This document shows positions 58,743-64,000 of a DNA stretch of 64,000 nt, one piece after another. This DNA comes from Candidatus Woesearchaeota archaeon. GTDB lineage: Archaea; Nanobdellota; Nanobdellia; Woesearchaeales; GW2011-AR4. The first letter of the stretch is position 1, and the number at the start of each line of letters is the position of its first letter. Location of the stretch: positions 10,999 through 74,998 of the forward strand of contig JACPMR010000002.1 in assembly GCA_016185945.1 (NCBI GenBank). Direction: 5' to 3'. The notes under the pieces were generated by a model, which was not told where the DNA came from, did no database searches, and was given only the letters and a program-made list of their open reading frames with translations. The position numbers were made by a program, and so were the translations under genes.

Positions 58743-61573
58743 GGCGCTAATCCAGTCACTTTTAATTTTGAATAAATCACAGTGGCATTCTTTGGAAGCC
58801 TTATATTAACAGTTAAATTTCCTGGCTGGGTGAAGTTAAGCAATTTATTCGTTAAGCCATCTGTGAATTGGTTTTGTAACTTTGTAGTTTCATTGAAAAC
58901 AATAACGTCAATAAACTGGGTTGTGCTTAAATTGCCGTCAGAAGCCTCTACTAAAATAGAATAGTTGCCAGTGTCATTAATTGTAGTTTGCCATTGACCT
59001 GAAGAGTTAAATGGTGAGCTATAGAAAAAATCTATGCTATTACCTTCCGCATCTGAAGTTGAAATCAATTGGCTTATATTGATTAAATCTCCAGCAATTG
59101 CTGTTACGTTGCTTATCTTTGTTATTTCTGGCGGTGAATTAATATTTGAAACACTAACGAAAACAGTTTCAGGACTTGCTGCTCTTTTGAATGCAATTTC
59201 TGCAACTCCGTCATTATCAAGGTCGGCAATTGCTAGACCGTTGTCTATCAATCCTACTATTTTGTAAGGATCAAACAGTAAGTTTCCATCATTTTTTAAT
59301 ACATAAACGCTTGAGCCTTTGTTTTCGCCTAAAATAATATTGTAATTTCCATCATTGTCTATATCAGCACTGCTGGGACTTATGGCTCCTGGATGTAAGG
59401 TGTTAGAAGCATCATAAATCCATTGCTGTGCTCCGCTCACAGCATCAAAAGCCCTTACAGAGCCAAGACCATCAGGCAAGGTTTTTTCCATTGTAACGAC
59501 TATCTCCATATTTGAATCAGAGTCTAAATTAACTATTGTTGGCGTCGCTCTTGGAATGTCTGTAAAGCTTATAGGAAAGTTTGCATTGTATTCATTGCAA
59601 GTTAAAGGATTAACTACATGCAGTTTATTTTCACAAGTGCTACCTGCAGCGCAAGGTGTATTAGCTGTCACATACACCAATTCATAATCATTATCTTTAT
59701 CAACATCATAAATTACAGCAGAATCCCATAAATAAGCATGCGTGTTGTTGCATAATTTGTTTAATTTTCCAGTGCTTTGATTATATTTAAGGATAATAAT
59801 TCCATATTGAGATGGAACCACAATTTCGGGATAATCATCGCTATCCAGATTTGCTATTGAAACAGAGCCATAAGCTCCTCCATTTCCTATTATATAGCTG
59901 GTTTCATTTGCTCCTGTATTTCCATTAAGAACATAAACCTTTCCTGGCCATTCATCATCGCCATCAAGCAAATCAACAACAATTACTTCTTGTTGCCCGT
60001 CCAAATCAACATCAGCAACAGCGCTTCCTCCATTAAACTTAACTCTAAAGTTAGTGCCATCAAATCTTGGCTCTAAATGATATTGCCATTTTATTGTTGG
60101 CTGTCCGCCATCAAAGTCATAAGCATAGATTGTTCCGTTTCTGTTGCCTGTAATAATTTCTTTCTTTTCATCATTATCTATATCTGCTAAAGTTGGAGGT
60201 CGATAGATTGAGCCGTCTTCGCCGCCTCTTACATTTACAGCATTCCATTTTGGTTTTGTTTCAAAGCCAAGCGGTATTTTCAAGAATGATTTTTTCTTTG
60301 TTTCAGTAGCAAACATTCTTGTAAAGTTGCCCATAACTGGCTTATGGACAAGAATTACAGTGTCCATCAAGCCATTTCCTTCCAAATCAGCAACAGAGGG
60401 CTTAACAACTTGCTGTATGTTGTCGTTTGCTGCGTCTAAGAAGAAATCAACTTGATTTTTTACATCTTTTTTGTCTTTTAAGTCGCCTTTAAGCAAAGTA
60501 AATCCAGTTCTTCTGAAATCATGGTTTTCGGTGGGCCAGTCGAAGAAATTTACTGCACTAAATAAGTCAATTCTTGAGAAGTTTTTACCTGTATCTGGTT
60601 CTAATATTTTCTTACCAGTATTTTTAAGAAGCATCTCGATATCGAATGGTTTTAAAGCAGTATCATATTGTTTTAAGAGCAAAAAAGCCCCAGCTACGTG
60701 TGGTGTAGCAAAACTAGTTCCAATAGTACACCTAAAGTCTGATATTCCCAGTTCACACAAAATCTCATTAAAGAATGTAAAACCTCCTCCTCTTTTAATT
60801 GTTTTTATATAATCTCCAGGTGCCAATAAATCCAAATTGGAACCTACATTTGTGTAACCACTGATAATGTCCTTCTTATTTACAGAACCTACTGGTGTAA
60901 CATTTCCTAAACAAGCAGGAAAATTAATTCCAACCCGACTAAATTCATTTCCCGATGCGAATATAACCGATATTCCCTTAGAAATAGCTTCAGCTACAAC
61001 TTTGGATAAATTAGAATTATAAAGATTTCCACAATTTGTATCATTATAGGTTAAATCACCTAAACTTGCACTAATAGTTGTTATGTTTAATTTTGTGCTG
61101 TTATCAATACACCACTTCATACCCTTTTCTACTCGATTCCAAAATTCTTGGTCTGATGCCGAATCTCCAGTATCTTTAAAGACTTTTATAGATACTATCT
61201 TAGAATTTGGAGCAACACCTGGAAAAATCGCATTAGTAGACGAAATTATCCCAGCAACTGCTGTTCCATGATATTCTACAGCATATGGATTAGAATCGTT
61301 ATCACCAAAATCGTAACCACCTATTACTTTTCCACAACTTTTGTCATTGATATCAGTTGTTATGTTGCATCCACCCAGACTGGGGCGGGTATAATCTATC
61401 CCATCATCAATAATACAAACTGTATTATATTGTCCTGAGATACCACTCAAATATAAATTCCAAGAACCAATTATTCTAGTAGTTGTGGACAAAGCATATG
61501 CAAATTGTACTATAAGTATTAAAGTCATTAAAATTAACAAATTTATTTTAATTCTTTTTATTAATATGGTCAT
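58739..61573 (-). CDS. subtilisin-like serine protease (S8) fused to FG-GAP repeats
   Basis: Catalytic triad contexts IIDDGIDY, HGTAVAGII, GTSFATPHVAG. 944 aa. Confidence 0.8.
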   Translation of the reverse strand: MTILIKRIKINLLILMTLILIVQFAYALSTTTRIIGSWNLYLSGISGQYNTVCIIDDGIDYTRPSLGGCNITTDINDKSCGKVIGGYDFGDNDSNPYAVEYHGTAVAGIISSTNAIFPGVAPNSKIVSIKVFKDTGDSASDQEFWNRVEKGMKWCIDNSTKLNITTISASLGDLTYNDTNCGNLYNSNLSKVVAEAISKGISVIFASGNEFSRVGINFPACLGNVTPVGSVNKKDIISGYTNVGSNLDLLAPGDYIKTIKRGGGFTFFNEILCELGISDFRCTIGTSFATPHVAGAFLLLKQYDTALKPFDIEMLLKNTGKKILEPDTGKNFSRIDLFSAVNFFDWPTENHDFRRTGFTLLKGDLKDKKDVKNQVDFFLDAANDNIQQVVKPSVADLEGNGLMDTVILVHKPVMGNFTRMFATETKKKSFLKIPLGFETKPKWNAVNVRGGEDGSIYRPPTLADIDNDEKKEIITGNRNGTIYAYDFDGGQPTIKWQYHLEPRFDGTNFRVKFNGGSAVADVDLDGQQEVIVVDLLDGDDEWPGKVYVLNGNTGANETSYIIGNGGAYGSVSIANLDSDDYPEIVVPSQYGIIILKYNQSTGKLNKLCNNTHAYLWDSAVIYDVDKDNDYELVYVTANTPCAAGSTCENKLHVVNPLTCNEYNANFPISFTDIPRATPTIVNLDSDSNMEIVVTMEKTLPDGLGSVRAFDAVSGAQQWIYDASNTLHPGAISPSSADIDNDGNYNIILGENKGSSVYVLKNDGNLLFDPYKIVGLIDNGLAIADLDNDGVAEIAFKRAASPETVFVSVSNINSPPEITKISNVTAIAGDLINISQLISTSDAEGNSIDFFYSSPFNSSGQWQTTINDTGNYSILVEASDGNLSTTQFIDVIVFNETTKLQNQFTDGLTNKLLNFTQPGNLTVNIRLPKNATVIYSKLKVTGLAP

Positions 61574-61583
61574 TTTTAATAAT

Positions 61584-61871
61584 TTATTTCAGTCTTTTTA
61601 TAGTACATTGGTTATATCTACAAATTGGAGTTCCAAATCTGCAATCTAATATAGTTCTGCAATCTTTTGTACAACCAACACCATTACAATTTGGAGCATA
61701 TTTTATATTCACAACGTCTTCAGCATGACAACATTTGTTAGGAACACAATCAGTATCTTTTTCACAATACTTTTCTGGAGGGATACTTCCTTTGTTTATT
61801 TTAGTACATGCACTTACAAAAATCATTGTAATCAAAATAAAAATCAATAATTGTTTATATTGAATTTTCAT
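61584..61871 (-). CDS. small secreted Cys-rich protein (14 Cys)
   Basis: Signal peptide plus knottin-like Cys spacing. Confidence 0.45.
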   Translation of the reverse strand: MKIQYKQLLIFILITMIFVSACTKINKGSIPPEKYCEKDTDCVPNKCCHAEDVVNIKYAPNCNGVGCTKDCRTILDCRFGTPICRYNQCTIKRLK

Positions 61872-61913
61872 AATCCAACACCTCCAAAATCACAATAACA
61901 ATTAGTGTATTCC

Positions 61914-62819
61914 TCATTTCCTCTCCACTGAAACATCCACAACATCATAACTTTGATAACCAAAATGGCAAAATCCAGTACCTTCGCAATGATTAAATTT
62001 GACAGAGTTAACTTTCAGCACATAATCACCATCAATATCAAAAGAAGTTACTTTGCTGTTTCCAAATTGCTCAAAGCTTCGAATTTGGGGTATAGGAACA
62101 CCATTTATTCTGAAAGCACAATACTTTCCATTTATCTCGCAGTATAAAATGTCTATTACATAATTCTGATTATTGAGTTTGACGCCTTTTAATCTTTCAT
62201 TTACAGCCCCTACCTTTAACGTGTATTTTGTGTTTCCTGTAATGTTAGTAAACACAACATCAGAAAAATTTTTATTTTTTTGCAAGTAATTGAGTCTGTA
62301 TTCTCTATCAAAATCTAAACTATCTTCATCAAATACTTTTGCTAATCTAGTGGTATTATTAGATAGATTAATGGTCAGATTTTCTACAACAATTGCAGAA
62401 TAATTTAGTATAGTATTATTTAATAAATTAAGCGTCTCATCACTTAAGTTAATACTTTGATTCGGTATTATTGTCCGGTTGCTTATTGAGATATTTGGAA
62501 TCAAATTATCAGTTTCAATTGTAGAAAAATTATCTACGGAAAGAGTTAAATTTATAGTATCATTGCTTATTATTGTTTGATTTTGTGTTTCATTTTCTAT
62601 TGGAATCGTTAAGTTAGTTGTTTCATTGACAGATGTTGTATTTTCAATTATAAAATTATTTACAGGTGAAACATTTAGTAAGGCATCATTCAATGTGTTA
62701 TTAATGCTAGAATTAAGCACCTGCGCACTTACAAAAATAACAGCGCCAAAGAGCAATGCAAGTACTGCAACTAATCCAAACTCGCCTTTCTTGCTCTTTA
62801 AAATGTTATTTTGTTGCAT
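61914..62819 (-). CDS. N-terminally anchored Asn-rich surface protein with >25 NxS/T sequons
   Basis: TM helix followed by NxT/NxS-dense sequence. Confidence 0.5.
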   Translation of the reverse strand: MQQNNILKSKKGEFGLVAVLALLFGAVIFVSAQVLNSSINNTLNDALLNVSPVNNFIIENTTSVNETTNLTIPIENETQNQTIISNDTINLTLSVDNFSTIETDNLIPNISISNRTIIPNQSINLSDETLNLLNNTILNYSAIVVENLTINLSNNTTRLAKVFDEDSLDFDREYRLNYLQKNKNFSDVVFTNITGNTKYTLKVGAVNERLKGVKLNNQNYVIDILYCEINGKYCAFRINGVPIPQIRSFEQFGNSKVTSFDIDGDYVLKVNSVKFNHCEGTGFCHFGYQSYDVVDVSVERK

Positions 62820-64000
62820 TAATCATCAATTCCACTGCTTTGGTTATATTCGCAGTTGTGATGTTGGACATCTCCAGCACATACAATGTAGGAGTCAGAT
62901 TAAGCATATTGACATGCTGTTCTCCCTTAGTCACATAATTGAAAGCCCATACTTTATTGCCTTTCTTAGCCATCCAGTCAAACGTTCCTCTTGCTTGGGC
63001 ATTACTTAAGTTCCTAGAATGCATCTGCTGCGCAGTATAGTTTGTATAGCCATTCAGCAAAGCATTCTGCACTCCTGCTCCAATTGCTGCGTCTCCATTT
63101 GCTTCCAAGCCAGTCACTGTAAGGCTTAATGGCCCGCTTGTGCTTGTGGAATTCATGTTTCCAGAAGTGTCTTTGCAGCTTAGATAAACTATAGAGTCTT
63201 CATAAACCAGTTCATCTTGTGATACTAATTCACAAGCATGCTCTATTGTGCCTTCTCCTACTGTGCAGTTCCTTGAGCTTCCCATTTGAGTGTAATTCCA
63301 ATTGCTTATTCCAATAGCGCAAAAAGCAAACTCGCTTGTGTTGAAGTATAGAGTTGGGGTAGTGTCGCTTGTAGTGCAGGGATTTGAGGGATTTGTATTC
63401 CAGTTTGTGCAGGAAGAGCCTTGATTGCTGTAACCTGTTATAACTGGAGGTGTTGTGTCTATCCCAGCTTCCTGCGCAAGAATCCTTCCTGTTCCATTAT
63501 TGTAAATATGCTCCCAGTCGCTGTCTTTGCCAAAAGTAAGGGATTTGTTAATGATGAAGCATTCATCCATGCCGCCTTGATAAACTTGTGTGCCTGGATT
63601 TTGGCTGTTGCTTCCTACATAGATAGCAGATGGATTGTCTAACGGCTCATTGCTATTCACGCTTAAGGAAGCTTGAGAAGAAGTGCCATTGAAAATATTA
63701 TAGCAATACATTATGTTTGATGTTAAATTACAAGTAAAACCAATCAAATGCCATGTTGCATCATTGGCAAAAATGCCTGCATTGACATAATTGGCATTTG
63801 CCGCATCGCCTCCAGTATTTCCCCTGTAATAAAACTGAACAGTGCTTGTTCCGCCAACTAAAACAAGCTGCCAATCTCCATTGGCATCTGGATTGGCTTG
63901 TCTTGTTATAACTACAAGGCTGCCTGAATTTGAATAATTAACCCAGCAGCCTACTGAAAAATTCTGCATCTTCTTGTACTCGTCAATTGCAGGAAATTTC
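62806..64000 (-). CDS. laminin-G/concanavalin-A-like lectin-domain surface protein, 5' end beyond window
   Basis: The frame stays open upstream of the listed Met (…KFPAIDEYKKMQNF…). LamG-like block WQLVLVGG...WHLIGF...IYVGSN...GGMDECFIINKSL. Confidence 0.6.
   Translation of the reverse strand, partial: KFPAIDEYKKMQNFSVGCWVNYSNSGSLVVITRQANPDANGDWQLVLVGGTSTVQFYYRGNTGGDAANANYVNAGIFANDATWHLIGFTCNLTSNIMYCYNIFNGTSSQASLSVNSNEPLDNPSAIYVGSNSQNPGTQVYQGGMDECFIINKSLTFGKDSDWEHIYNNGTGRILAQEAGIDTTPPVITGYSNQGSSCTNWNTNPSNPCTTSDTTPTLYFNTSEFAFCAIGISNWNYTQMGSSRNCTVGEGTIEHACELVSQDELVYEDSIVYLSCKDTSGNMNSTSTSGPLSLTVTGLEANGDAAIGAGVQNALLNGYTNYTAQQMHSRNLSNAQARGTFDWMAKKGNKVWAFNYVTKGEQHVNMLNLTPTLYVLEMSNITTANITKAVELMINATK

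Noticed and set aside
1-64000. CRISPR arrays, rRNA genes, integrases/transposases
   Set aside because: No regularly spaced direct repeats with unique spacers, no rRNA-like conserved stretches, and no recombinase ORFs seen. The dispersed TTCAATCCG elements are not CRISPR-like because their spacing is irregular and repeat bodies differ.

Overview
AT-rich (~33-36% GC), gene-dense archaeal chromosome segment. The assignment rests on a canonical archaeal exosome/proteasome superoperon (Pop5-PsmA-SBDS-Rrp4-Rrp41-Rrp42), e-type ribosomal proteins (L31e, L39e, S19e, S17e), RpoK, FtsZ and Cbf5. Many metabolic genes look bacterial or eukaryotic in type: bacterial-type argA, a PRMT-like methyltransferase, class I FBA, GlpX, RibA, CoaE/CoaD, and an HPF/RaiA-like protein. 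Together with low-complexity tails on ribosomal proteins, this suggests a small-genome (DPANN-like?) archaeon with extensive lateral acquisition. The window holds: (1) a partial arginine/carbamoyl-phosphate cluster (carB'-carA | MTase | argA-argH-AstE-like-argG), where carB shows a frame-disrupted 5' region; (2) a gluconeogenic trio gap-fba-glpX; (3) nucleotide-sugar genes; (4) the exosome superoperon; (5) an ftsZ locus; (6) a ribosomal-protein/cbf5 cluster in which cbf5 is interrupted by a 16-nt intron-like insert; (7) an Lhr helicase and a coaE-coaD pair; (8) a GH57 locus; (9) a >12-kb cluster of large N-glycosylation-sequon-rich secreted proteins (metalloprotease, subtilase, FG-GAP propellers, LamG) that share a near-identical C-terminal cassette. 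The most striking non-coding signal is a family of at least 8 dispersed GC-rich intergenic elements (100-215 bp). Each starts with TTCAATCCG followed by a hairpin of variable stem with a UUCG loop (the UUCG loop is clear in 5 of 8 copies), and each has further conserved blocks. They are candidates for an undescribed ncRNA or MITE family. No rRNA, tRNA or CRISPR array was found.
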